From Octopus bimaculoides (lineage: Eukaryota): a stretch of 64,000 nucleotides of DNA. Location: assembly GCF_001194135.2 (NCBI RefSeq), contig NC_068982.1, forward strand, positions 45,122,256 through 45,186,255. Reading direction: 5' to 3'. Positions 37,801 through 50,868 of the stretch are shown one piece after another (position 1 is the stretch's first letter; the number at the start of each line of letters is the position of its first letter). The translations under genes and the position numbers were made by a program. The notes under the pieces were generated by a model, which saw only the letters and a program-made list of their open reading frames with translations, had not been told where the DNA came from and ran no database searches.

Positions 37801-39380
37801 GACCATGCTTTCATTGTCTAATGTCTTCCTTCCGTGCTGGCATAGGTTGAACAGTTTGACAGGAGCTGGCCAGGAAGAAAACTGCACCAGTGTCTGTTTT
37901 GGCATGGTTTTTACAACTGGATGCCCTTCCAAGTGCCAACCACTTTACAGTGTGGACTGGATGCTTTTTAAGTGGCACTGGTAGGGTCACCAAGTAACTT
38001 GCAAGACAAGGACAGAACCAGATGTCTTGCCAGCAAATTTCTTACCACAAAGCCACAAATATTTTATATATATGAATTACCACACTACAGTCCTCCACTC
38101 TACCAAGTGAGCTATAGCAATATATATATATATATTTGAATAACCAAAAGCAGAAACCTGGTTTGTGGATATCCGTAATTGCATAATATTTTTATTTGTG
38201 TTGTTAAATGTTTTAATTCGGTCTGTTTTTCTGTTATATTGGTGCGCTACGGTGGATTATTTAAGACTTGGTATATATATATATATACATATATATATAT
38301 GACAGACTTTGTACATTTTTTATTTACTGAATTCACAAAAATGTCATTTGTCAGCCTAGGGCTATAGAAGACATTTGCCCAAGGTGCTAAGTTGTGGGAT
38401 TGAACCTATATATATTTTAAGCAAAATTGAACTAAAAGAAAAGCAAAACTTCTCGATGTTGCTGTGGCTTGAATTTGGACATAAAAGACAAGTAAAACTA
38501 TATTACTGATTATGAATTTCTTGAAATTATTTTCGTTTGAAGAGATTGTATAGAAATTGCCTAGTGGCAATAGCTACAAACTCGAAATGTAAAGGGAGAT
38601 AATTTCAAGAGTCGAGAATTCTCCAGAATTTTTGCTAATTTTTTCAGACAAGGATACGTTTTAGGCACGTGTTTCTGAATTAATAAGCATCATCAGCACA
38701 GCATTTGTCCAACCATGACTACAGTAGACATAAGACTTAGATATATACAAAAAACAGGGGAGAATATTTAGGGCCTGGGAAAATTTGCATACCTAAAATA
38801 AAACTAGTCAAGTGTGTGTGTGTAAATGATATGGTGGTTAAAGTGTTATATAAAAAGAAACCGTGAAAAAGGACCCAATGATTTTAGTCAAATTAATTAC
38901 ATGTGTTGGGTTTACTGGTACTTAGAGTTTCGCCTAGAGCAGCTTCTTCGACCTAAGTGGTCGAATAAGCCGTTCCAGACCCTCTATATCTATGTGTGAT
39001 TTTTTCCGTCTCGGTCCCCCACCATCGCTTAATTGGTGTTGGTGTGTTTACGTCCTGTAACTTAGCAGTTTGGTAAAAGATAGAATAAGTATCAGGCTTT
39101 AAAAAAAAAAAAAACAAGTACTGGGGTTGATGCGTTCAACGAAAATTCTTCCAAGTGGTGCCCTAACTTGGCTGCAGCTTATTGACCGAAACAAGTAAAA
39201 GATGAAAGATAGGTACGTGTGTATAACATGTGTGTGTATGTGTGTAGCTGCTATTAAGAACATGGACAAGATACACCTTTTCTCCAAGATGACGGGAAAT
39301 ATTTACAGTTTGAATTTAAAAACGTAACCATGAAGGAATTCAATAGAAACCACAAGAAAATCAAGCCAAATACTATAGTG

Positions 39381-39641
39381 CAGGGGTCCCAGCCGTCCGG
39401 CCGTAGATCATTTGGTATCGGGCCGTACAGAAAGAATAAATTTTAATATTTTATTCCCGTTTGACTACCGCAGCCTGCTGGGTGCTTTTGTATTATATAT
39501 GTATTATCTATGTAATAATATAAATTATATATATATATATATTATGTACTTTATTGTGTTTTATGCGCGTGATCACCCCGGTCTGTGGGAAAATTGTATC
39601 GCATGAATCCGATCTGGAGCAAAATAGGTTGGGAATTGCTA
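39381..39641. mobile_element. hAT-type MITE
   Basis: Ends CAGGGGTCCCAGCC ... GGTTGGGAATTGCTA. Flanks ctaTAgtg / cttTAtgg. Confidence 0.7.
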
Positions 39642-39729
39642 CTTTATGGATATAAATGGAGAAAAAAACCTTACACACACAAACATATATACATGCATAC
39701 TCACACACACACACATATATGTATATATA

Positions 39730-39946
39730 GGTACTACCAAAGCAGCACGGTCCCGAACGCGCAGTCACGCGTCCGCGCTAGCTAGTCGTGAGTGGTCGAT
39801 CCTAACCCTAACCCTAACCCTATCCCTATCCCGCGTGTGCAAATGAATACGTGTTTAGGGTTAAGGTTAGGATTAGGATCGACCCCTCACGACTAGCTAG
39901 CGCGGACGCGCGACTGCGCGTTCGGGACCGTGCTGCTTTAGTAGTA

Positions 39947-39948
<2 letters not shown>
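39730..39948. mobile_element. Palindromic GG-terminal MITE with telomere-motif arms
   Basis: About 90 bp inverted arms (3 mismatches in the first 76 bp) ending in CCCTAA/TTAGGG arrays. Flanked by TATATATA on both sides. Confidence 0.9.
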
Positions 39949-39983
<35 letters not shown>

Positions 39984-41681
39984 CTATATATATATATATA
40001 ATAATATAAATACATACATACATATACATACGCGCACACATATATCATTTTAGATCTTGGTGTACATTTTAGATGCAATCCGAAATAAAGACACCGAAAT
40101 CTTACCATGTAATTTTGTTAAATTCTAAACAACCTGTCGCTCTTTGACATTAAGAATTAACTGTGAGCAATCTCCGAAACTATAATATAAAGGAAATAGT
40201 GCTTAGTTCTCCAGGAAAGATGACTATCTTTTTATAAAGTTTAAAATGCAAAATATAACCGGGAAATTCGACCAGTATCGCAGCTTAAGTCTGTAACAGA
40301 CGATGAGATAAGAGTTTACAAATATATAGTGCGATTTGGAATGTGCTATCTCATACAGAGATTTGTGATTCAATAATAAATCTTACACATATCAATTTGA
40401 TAAAATTTATGGCTTCATGCCTAGCAGAATTCCTCCTAATGAGCATTATACCTTCATAGCTTTTACGTAATAGCATTGAAATGGGAATTTGTTTTAGCAG
40501 TCAACCATACTCATTGTATTTTCCACTTGTCTTTTCTTACTCTCTTTATTTCTCTTTCGTCCAAGTAGAATTATATAAATATATATATATATTAGTCATA
40601 AATATAATAAATAATAAATTCTTATTATTTATTATAATATACCCATCATTCTTTTTAACTAATATACGAGAACCTGTTTTGTTCACTGACCTAGGAAAGC
40701 TTATTGGACAACTAACATATATACATACACACTTACACATATGCATGTGCGTACTCACCCATGAAATCCATAAAAATATAAAATTGGGGTTGCTGTAGAC
40801 AGAGGTCACTATCCTGATCAAAGGCGTCCCAACCGTGACCCCTTTGGTTTCCTTTTTCACACAGAGTATATTTAGAACCGCATCAATTAAGATAACCTTA
40901 TTTTCTAAAAATGGTAAAGTACGAGTTTAGGGAAGTTTGACAGCTATTTCTAGCAGGGGCCCTGATTCTGCATAGAAGATCCCCAGTTGATTTCGAAAAA
41001 TACACAGGAATATGGGTATTAGTTACCATCAAATTAAAGCTTTGTGATTAATATTCATACTACTGCAGATTTCATAGCTCAACACGAACGTAGGTATGAA
41101 TTATAGTATTACAAATAAACCTACACATATATTAAACACACAAAGTATTACAATAACATACGTAAGCAGTAACATTTCCCCGCTCAACAGAATTAATATT
41201 AACGGGAAAGAAATGATATGATGAAGCGCTAATCGATCATATATACATATATATTGTTAATTTACTTTGATCGAACGGACTTATGAACAGGCATTCCAGC
41301 CATGAGAAGGATAACATTAGCCAGTCCTTTCTGCGTTAAGATAGTAAGGTGTCATTAGAAGCTCCCTTGCTGGTTTAGTGATAAAGAAGGATGAAGATGA
41401 TGACATTGTGTGGAAATTATTCGTAATACTCGGTCGGTGCAGCCCTGTGATGAAACGATGATGATTTGCAACAGTGAATTTAGTAAATAACAAATAATTA
41501 ATTAAAATTATTTACGAATGCAGAGGAGAAATATCCTTATAAATTTGTAATTTGAATCTTTACTTTTGAAAGTGATAAGTTTTAAGGGATAAGTTTTAGT
41601 ATTATGGTATGTATTTTATGAACCCCCCGTGTTAATGGAAGGCGAGGTCAGCTAATTAAGAAACAAATGCAAACCACGTAC

Positions 41682-42100
41682 CTTGTCGCGACACAAATCC
41701 GAATGACGAGGATGAATTTTATCAATTAGAGACAAGAGTGGGGAAAAGAAACACAAAACAGATATGAAAGTTTTCTTTTTCTTTCTTTCTAGTATCTTGG
41801 TGAGTTTCTACACAGATTACTGTTGCGTATATCGCTTTTGTTTCAATGCATTTGCCATGTGATGACGGTAATGACTACAAAAGCATGTTATACTACTACT
41901 AACTACAGTTATCCAGATGTGACTGCAGTAGTGGCAGTAGTAGTAGCAGCTGTTGCTGCTGCTAATTTTTGAGGTACCGGGCGACAGCCGAATCGTTGAT
42001 CGAAGAGATTGTACAATTAGACGAGAACGGAAGGGAGTACTAAGTAATACTTTTCATGTCGTGGTACGCAACAGAAGCGCAGTAACTCGCGTGCCTTACA
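41682..42100 (-). promoter_or_regulatory. Candidate ACC first (5' UTR) exon and promoter; upstream boundary approximate
   Basis: Strong minus-strand donor GACAAG|GTACGT at 41682/41681 in non-repetitive CpG-rich sequence. Splicing to 32271 gives CAAGG ATG G (A at -3, G at +4). No transcript evidence. Confidence 0.45.
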
Positions 42101-45059
42101 GTGTTACTTATAACTAATGGTTTTTCAGAACATGTGCTCACTTAGCAGCAGAAATCATTGTGACACTGCAACTCAACACTTTTTGATTTTCTCAAATCTT
42201 CTTTTGCCTCTTTATTAAGACTAGGTAGTCAAAATACATTAGTGTCTGCATACACCTCTATGCATTCACATAAGCACACACGTACATCTGATTCTCTCTC
42301 TCTCTCTCTCTCAGTCGCCCTCTGATATTCAGAGAGCATGTGTGTGTATATATTTGAACAGTGGAGATCCACAGTTCTTAAAAAGAATTATTTCACGTTC
42401 TCTCAAAAATTTATATCTGTCTATAGGTATATGTGTGGATATATATATCGTCAGTAGCTCATACGTCTGAAAAAGAAGTACACTCTAAAATAATAGTACA
42501 GTAATATATCTTATAGAAGGTTGATTGTTATGCCCGGTCCTTTATAGGACCATCGCACCTATAAAGCGCGCTGGTGGTTATCCACTGTTGAGAAAAAGAA
42601 GAATTATTATTTTTCTGATGAGTTGTAGTACACCTGAGCACTGTATACAACAATTTTTTATTTTCATTATTGCTATTTCACGTTCTCTCGAAAATTTATG
42701 CAATTCTTATGACGTCAACACTATCCATATATCTAATGTAAAGGAAACACGTGTCGGGCAGCGATTTAAAGTGAATGTATTGTACTGTAATAAACAAGTT
42801 TCGAGGATGTATAATTCTCCATCCTTACTTTTAATGCCTTGAATATACGCTCTGTGTGTATGTATATATATATATATATGGAGGTGAACAAAATTAGTAA
42901 CCGGGGTAAAATGAGTAATTTCTGATTTCTTATTTTTTCCCCGTCTTTGAAATTATTACATTTTAAGTATTGCATCATCATTTTGTATTGTTACATCATC
43001 CTTAAGAGTAAAAATTGGTCAGCATAGTTGTTGAAGTTGAGAGAGTTTGGAATATTATCAGGTGATAGGTACTTTTTTTTTTTTTTTCAAGAAAATTTTC
43101 CTCAACCCGTTTGTAATTGAGGTTGCTAATAAATAAAATATCTAGATAATTGTTGGTGTTTAACAATCAATATTCCTTTCTCTGTTGGATTCCAAGTCAA
43201 TTTTCCCCACGCTAATGTCTAATTTGATCATCTTCAATTTTCAAAAATGATGTCTGAGATGGGGAAAAATGAGTAATGACTAATTTCAATAATTTTTTCT
43301 CTTTAACTGCATGGTGCGTAAATATATCGGGAAGGCCACTCCAGAAGATCCTAAAGAAGCTATAGAGAATAGTTTATGTTGAGGGGTTTTTTTTTTTTTT
43401 TCTTAGTTGAATTTCGTTAATTTCATATCATATGCCATTTTTCCACGAGCCTCTTTCATTTGACCTACATAATTTAAATTTTTGTTGCATTTCTGATGTT
43501 TACGGATGGATATTGATGTGTATAAGTCTGTTTTCAAATGTAATTCTGGAGAATTAAAGAAGCAAATTTACCTTATCTTGGCTTACACATTTTGCCGTCT
43601 TTTATATGCCTAAAGAAACCGGAGATAATTTTCTGAAATTGGGTTCAGATTATGTTATCAAGTTTTACTGCATCAGAAAAGGTTATTTGCTTATCTGATA
43701 TAAATTTTGTCAGGTTGTGGAACAATCGTAAAAAATATTTCTTCTCAAAGTCAAATCTATCTCTATGTGGCAGTAAAAACTCCACGTTGTGCCCCATCTC
43801 CACCCCTATGTATTAGTTAATGCATAGGTGACTCCAACAGAAAAAGCATTGTTGCATTCCTGGATAATGCAACACTACCATACATACATACATACATACA
43901 TACATACATACTTATACTTGTGGGTTAATAAGGCTACCATTGGTTTCATGCCGAGAGAATTCTCAGCAATTATCAAATCTGTCACTTGGTACTCGTCTCG
44001 CTTCTTTCAGTTTCTTTCTACCAAATCCTCTCACAATACTTTGGTCGGCTCGGGACTGTAGTTAAGAAGCGGCCGTCTTAACGTACACCCATGCCTGCCT
44101 GTAAAAGAACACTTAAGGTTCCTTACATATACACATATATAAGCACACACATGTATAGTTGTGTGTGTGTGTGTGTGTAAATCTGTGTGTATACGTGTCC
44201 TTATGCAGATATGTGTGTGTGTGTGTGTGTGTAAACAAGTGATATGCTAATGTGTTCAGTTATGTGTAAGAAAACGCAATGTGACCGTGGTATACTGGGA
44301 TATAGAATCGATTTGTCGAGCTTCTCTAAGTGAGAAGCGATCAGCTTTTGTGTTCAACGCACGTACGAGTGGTCTTAGGTTCATATACATAGCGAAAACA
44401 GAACGCACAAACATATATATCGAAAATATTTGACAAGCAATCAAGGTATGTGGCCAATAATTCCTGCACGAAAACGCTGTATTTAGATCTGCAGGTTTCA
44501 GTCGCCTGAAGAAGAAGGGTAACGGTTGACAAACGTCATTAACGAACTACTGTTTCACACCTACTCCGACATCAGATGCATAATCCAACGAACAAAGAGG
44601 ACTACCAGGTTTTGGATGAATCAACATCGTAGCAGCAGTTAATATATATTTGCGTTTAGAAAAACAGGCAAACTAGTTTTCACTTCGCGTTGTTAACTGA
44701 TTTTTCTTAGTTCAGTATCAAAGTGGTTCAATTTGTGGCCGAGCCGCTTCTGTACAAGGAATGAATCTCAAATAATAATTAAAAAAATACTTATGCAGTT
44801 TCCACAGTGATGTAGATGCCGGAAAATCTACAATAAACTTTACTCTCTCGGGGAGTGGGTGGACTTCATCCTTGTCGGTGATGTGCCCGAGGAGCAATAG
44901 AAACTGTAGCAGGAATATTTAGAAATCAAACCCGGATCGCAATATCCGATGCCAAAAAGAAAAGAAAAAAAAACAGTAATTTCATCTCTGGCACGCTTTT
45001 CCTGAGCAAGACCACTCCTATATATTCAATGCATTTTAGCCTCTACCGACAGACGAGAT

Positions 45060-45960
45060 GCGGCGGATGGCGAAACAGAGAGCGTAGTAACCGAAGTAGC
45101 TACTGACCAGAGCGTTGTGACAACACAAAAACAATGAACGGACGGCGACAGCAACACACAATGGCCATCTAAGATCTTGACAGCTACAAATATCATACCT
45201 AGTCCAAGAACAATACACTTTGAACAATCTCACTGTTTGTTGTTTGAAGTAACATGTTTTTGTTTTTTTTAACGATAAAAATTAATATATTTTTTAACAA
45301 AAATTTAAAACAGATTTCAGTGTTCTTTATCGTAACAAAACGTAACACCGAATATATATTTGGTGGGGTTAATAACAATGCGATATCCCGTTAAAATGTT
45401 GGGAAAACAAATGCAGATACTTTTTGGATTCTTTAGAACAAATTGCTACCAGTAAAACATTAATGTGTCCATTGTTGATGAAACGCTTGAAAGCCTGTAC
45501 TGCGTTACATAAGCCAAAAGGGATCCGCAGGAATTCGAACAATTCGAAAGGTGTTGTGATTGCAGTTTTTGGAATATCTACAGGCTCGATGGGGATTTGG
45601 TTAATATACCCTCACAAAATCGATGTTCGAAACTATACAAGCCCTATGGAGCAAGTGAGGGATTGGGTATGTGTAGGGCACAGTGCGATTGTTGAGTACA
45701 CGATAGCCCTAGCAAGGGAACCAATTGTCCACTGTTATTTTCGGGATTAAATATAGTGACGATAATGACTTGTTGTTGCTGGATAGGTGAATAATTCCAA
45801 GGGTCAGTATATGTTGAAATTCCTGCTTTGCAGCTTTCAGACGACCCGGAGGGAGTTTTCGTGATCTGGCAGCATGGGTTTCAATGTGACGGATTGCATT
45901 GTATTTGATTACTTTGTCTTTTAACAATGGACGGGCGATGTCTGGATACTTGCGGAGAAT
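45060..45960 (-). mobile_element. Ty3/Gypsy LTR-retrotransposon pol remnant
   Basis: RKLPPGRLKAAKQEFQHILTLGIIHLS...YRVLNNRTVPYTYPIPH...IDFVRVY...PFWL aligns by eye to Gypsy RT (RRLAPDRLKAAKAEF...DYRALN..T.PDRYPIPH). TTRSG-like integrase tail near 45100. LTRs not resolved. Confidence 0.85.
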
Positions 45961-47137
45961 AAAATTTTACTGTTTCGTCATTGACTGCAAAATAAAAGGG
46001 GTCGCCACTTGTAGCACGTCAGATGTAAAAAATGAAGTATAACAATTGGATAATTTCTACATATACTGGAATGAACTGGTGAGAGATAATCTATACTTAT
46101 TACTGGTTTTATTCAATTGTTACCTAATTACACAACTGCAACAAGTTGGAAAAGAACGAAAAACTTTGTATTGTGAATAAGTTTGTTCACATCGCAAATC
46201 TCTTGCCCAGTCCTTATAGTAGACACTAAGTTTGTGAAAGGAAGATAGTGAAGAGACCGATGCTCGTACAAAAAATGTTGGAGAGAGATAGAGCGTGTGT
46301 GAGGAGGGTAGGGGGAATACTAGATCACAGCAAAACTGCGTTCTAGCTGGCAGAAGCAAACTGTGAAAGTTGCAGAAGAAACTGAAGGTTTTTTATTGAT
46401 ATCACAAATATATACCTGTGTTGAAGCTGAACTAAGTCATTAGAATTAGAATTGAATGGGCTTATCACCTCACCAGCAAGTTTAACAAGCTAAACAAACA
46501 GAGTTTAAAAGCACAAAACGAAGACAAAGGAAACGAGTGTGAAGCCTCGAGTTCCATCCTTGATCATGACTTCCTGGCATATCTGGTATACAAACACACA
46601 TATTCCTATGTTCTACACAGAGAGTACTCAGTACGTTTAGAGTACATCATTTATTTGAACAGAAATTCTTTTCCACGCATTTTCATGTCATCTCTTGAAG
46701 GTCACAATGGAGTAAAAATCAAGCTGCAATAAAATCAAATTCTGTACACACACACACATAGTTGTTGGTTATGGCCGGTCTGGGAGTTGCCATTGGTTTC
46801 ACACCTATAATGTTTTTTTGCGGTGTTGGTGACTAGGCAAACCTGCTGGCCGGAGGCACAGAGGCTCATAAACTCTCTACTACTGGAGATATCAATACAG
46901 TCTTGTTTAGTCAGGATTTGAAAAAAAAAGAAAGAAAAAAAGCCCGAAACGAAATCCTGTTGAGCGAATTCCTACTGGACAATATGGAGTTATCTCCCTT
47001 TGATGGATTCCATTTGCATCCGTAAAGGGTCTGTATATGTACAATTTCCGTTCGCAAGTCAACGACCAGGAATTCTATGTTTTTCAACATGAATTTCCTC
47101 TGTTGAGGGTACCGACTAAACGTCTCAGTCTTGGAGT

Positions 47138-47670
47138 TTAAGAAGGCCCATGATCAAGCGAGTTCTTCAAGATCCTTTCTCTCTCGGCCAAGCAAAGTTT
47201 ACATCGTCTGCTCCCGTTCGGAGATGGTCCAGGTTGTTCTAGGAGCTTCCATTTAATACTGTATGGCCTCTTCTTTTCTTTTAAGTGCCATACATCGCTG
47301 GCCAAGGACGTAACGTTGTGCTTCTCTGGGATCCTGTAAAAGGACCAGCTTTTATTTAGATGTCGCTTGAAGGGACTCTCTGTTATCCCAACACACTCTC
47401 GTGTGTGTACTTGCGCTATTGGTGGTGCTTTTGTTGTTGCTGCTGCTATAGCTGTTGTTACTGCCGGAGGCGCTGTAGCAGCTGCTGCTGTTGCCGTCAC
47501 CGCTGGACACGTTGTTGGTGTTGCTGCTATCGCTGTTGTTACTGTCGGACACCACCTTAGCTATGTAGACCACAGCCTCAGAGTTACATTGACCTCCCAC
47601 TGGGCACTCAACGTTAACCCTACATGAGCATCCTACCTCTGTGCAGGATTTAGGGATGTTCTCTGAAATC
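47138..47670 (-). mobile_element. Penelope-like element, GIY-YIG endonuclease 3' end, decayed
   Basis: CSCRVNVECPVGGQCNSEAVVYIAKV ... ECVGITESPFKRH...VWHLKEKKRPYSIKWKLLEQ...NGSRRCKLCLAE, the typical PLE CxC/CP..G.C/VY/IG.T pattern. Confidence 0.9.
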
Positions 47671-48344
47671 TATTTAACAGGTAACCAAGTCTAACGTAAC
47701 ATCTAAAAAGTTAACTACAATAAGATTGGTCTCAGTTGTAATCTTAAGGCACACAGTTAAGCGTGCGAATTAGGTTCTTCCTAAGCCTATCTAGGGTGTG
47801 TACATTTGCACCTCTAGAGATTAGAGATCAAAAAGGACTGCCGGGACATAACGCCCGCAATAGAAACCGCCACCTTGTTTCTTTCAACAGCAAGAAAAGC
47901 ACAAACGTTACTCTTATCCAGAAAACACCAGCATCTTTCTTTCACTTATAATACGCCCTTAGCAGTTTCCTCCCTTTGACGCTAGCTATCTTTCGAAAGC
48001 TTTAATCTACTGTTTTAAATTCATCTTTGATACCATTGACCACTCTTACGACTGCTTTTTGTTTGTTTGTTTTTTTTTTTTGGTGGCATTAGGTGGGCGG
48101 ATACGCTTGAACACGGCATCTATCCACTTGCCGTGGTCCATTTTTACCTCCAGTTAGACATAGAACCCTAAGATGAGACTTCACATTTCTACCTTCAACT
48201 TCTTCGGAATCTTGTTAAATTTCTTCCAACCCGTTGAAAAATTTCAACTTTTCACCAAATTATTATTTTAATGTATTAATTTCAACAACTAAAACCAAAC
48301 AAAAACGAATGCAATTTTCATCAGCATGCAAAAACTACATTTTG

Positions 48345-48376
<32 letters not shown>

Positions 48377-49397
48377 TGAAAATTTGAATAACTTGGGTGG
48401 AAGAAATTTAACTTGATCCCTTCTTCGGTCTCTCTCTTTCATAGTTTCCCTTCGTTTGTTTCGTTTTATCTAACTATCATTCTTCATATACATCACAAGT
48501 ACATATCAACGCAGTTTTCTCTCCAGTTCATTGCAGCTGATACTTCTAACGATCCAGCTTTTATCCCAGCATACATGCGATCCGCTGTTCCTCACTCCTG
48601 AAATCACGTATCCAGCAGAGTACGCTCGCATAATTTCTTTGCCGCCTTCACATCTCCATATTTTGCTCTCATATCTTGCTACCATACGATACCCGTACTT
48701 CGCACACAAGCATTTGCATTCGTAGAAAGAACTGTTGTCAACAGCGGTAACAACTTCCTGAATATTATCGACCCCACTCTCACTACAATGCTTTTGCAAA
48801 CACCCACATCTACAAGGGATAAAATTGCCAAATAATTCTAACGAGTTTTCTAAACAATTGAATCTTCATTACTGCTAGCAACCCATGTGCATATATGACA
48901 TATGAAGTCCTTCACCGAGTTCCCACGACACGGTTTGAACTGTTTGCATTTAGTATACCGTATATGTTCTCTCCTTATTTCTTTTCTCTATGTCGAACAA
49001 GTTCACCTCTTTGTTTATCAATGTTTCAAACCTTTCTCCTTTTCGTTTCCAAATCTCAAAAACTAACCAAAACGTAGAAATCGTGGAGAGTTATTTCCCT
49101 TACATTCAGAAATTCGGTTCGCAATCATGAGGCTCTTAGTTCGATCCCATTGGTTTACATCTTAGACAAATGTCTTTTACTCTGTGGAATGTGGCTTACA
49201 TAGTCATCTGTATGAGGTGTCTGGTTATCACATCTCTGATTTCACACACAGTCTCTCTCACACAACACATACGGTCGAAGTTGTCTCAGTCATGACCATG
49301 ATCATTGTTTTATCAATGAGTTTCAAAATGCAGACGACTCTTTAGCTCAGTTAATGATTTGTAGCATTTACAGTAAATATTATATAAATATCTCTTC

Positions 49398-49742
49398 TTG
49401 TGGCTGTGTGGTAAGAAGCCTGTTTTCCAACCACATGGTTTCGGGCTCAGTTCCACTGTATGATAGCTTGGGTAAGTGTCTTATACTATAGCCTCAAGCC
49501 AACCAAAGCCTTGTTAGTGGATTTGGTTGTCAGAAACTGAAAGAAGCCTGTTGTGTGTGTGTATATATATATATTGTCTGAAAGAAGCAGCACACTCTAT
49601 AGCTTAACACACACATATATATATATATATCTGTGTGCGTGTATTTGGCTGTTTGTCCCCCACCACTGCTTGACAACTGGTGTTGGTGTGTTTACGTTCC
49701 GATAGCTTAGTAGTTCGGGAAATGAATGAAACATGTAAAAGG
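49398..49742 (+). mobile_element. SINE family A
   Basis: Head tggctgtgtggtaagaagc, body and truncated tail. Confidence 0.85.
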
Positions 49743-50524
49743 CAAAAGTATTGAACAAACGTACGTCTCTTCAGATTATCAATCGAAAGACATTTGTTAT
49801 ATGATTAGTAGACATGCTTTTTTTTAGGTGATATCTGTTAGTGCTTACTTTACTACATCTAATCTTGACTGTTAAACAAGACCAGCCTTAATAAGACAAG
49901 TTAAACATCTGAAGAGTTTATTAATATCTGGGAGGAATTCTTTCCATGTATATTGTTTCAACTTACTTTTTTGTTTCATGTGATTCTCTTCAAAATGTTT
50001 GGATACAAAATATTTCTCTGTGATGTCCTAAAAATTGCACCCCCCCCCATATTACATCAGATTTAAGACTGTTTTTGTCTTAAATTTGGTCTGTGAGGGA
50101 ATTTTCCTAGAATATAGTTCTTCAGAGAATAATCACTGGAATTCTTTCATCATCCATATGAACAGCAAGGCCTGACCACCCCAAGCTTACCATGTTGCAG
50201 GACAACTTCTAAGCTAATAATTTCATAACACTTGATAATTTTTAAATCTTACCACCACTCTCATAATCTCTCCAAGATAAATGCAAAATTTGTCAAAAGC
50301 ACTTTGGCTGTAAGTGTTCCAACTGTTTATCATGTTCTGAAAATAGATATTTTAGGCCGATCCAATGCCTTAGCCTTGCCACCACCCGTAGTAATGCCAC
50401 GAGTTTCTTCACTAGCTCCAATAGGTTCCATTGAGCTTTGTGGTGTACTTAACGGTTGAAGTGATACTAATCTTTTTATTTCTGCTCATGATTGTGTTTT
50501 CTTTGGTTTGGGATTTGTATTTTG

Positions 50525-50868
50525 ATGTGGAATAAAGGACCTCTTCAGTCATAAATGACCATGGGATTGCACCTTGAAAATTTCCCCGAGGCACAAATCC
50601 AGACAAAGTTGTTTATAAAAGACCAGAAGACACCCATGCATACCAGCCTCCCCTCTCCACATAACAATTGATGTTATCCAAGGGAAAGGCAAAGACCGAT
50701 ACAACTTGAGACCAGTGACGTTATAACTCATTTCTACAGCTGAGTGAATTGGAGCAAGGTGAAATAAAGTGTCTTGTTCAAGAATACAACACACAGTTCG
50801 GTCCAAGAATTAAACTCATTACCTCATGATTGTGAGCCTAATGCTCTCACCACTGAGCCATGCACCTT
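50525..50868 (-). mobile_element. SINE family C
   Basis: Reverse complement homologous to 283-627. Confidence 0.85.

Noticed and set aside
42390-42705. About 26 bp direct repeat tatttcacgttctctc(a/g)aaaattt, 285 bp apart
   Set aside because: Only two copies, no CRISPR- or LTR-like structure; likely internal repeats of a decayed element.
43090-43760. Possible decayed Penelope RT fragment
   Set aside because: Only vague motif resemblance; not assignable by eye.
50232-50500. Coding-looking segment (EIKRLVSLQPLSTPQSSMEPIG... on minus; TLAVSVPTVYHVLK on plus)
   Set aside because: All frames have nearby stops, no convincing splice pair and no recognisable family; probably a decayed TE.
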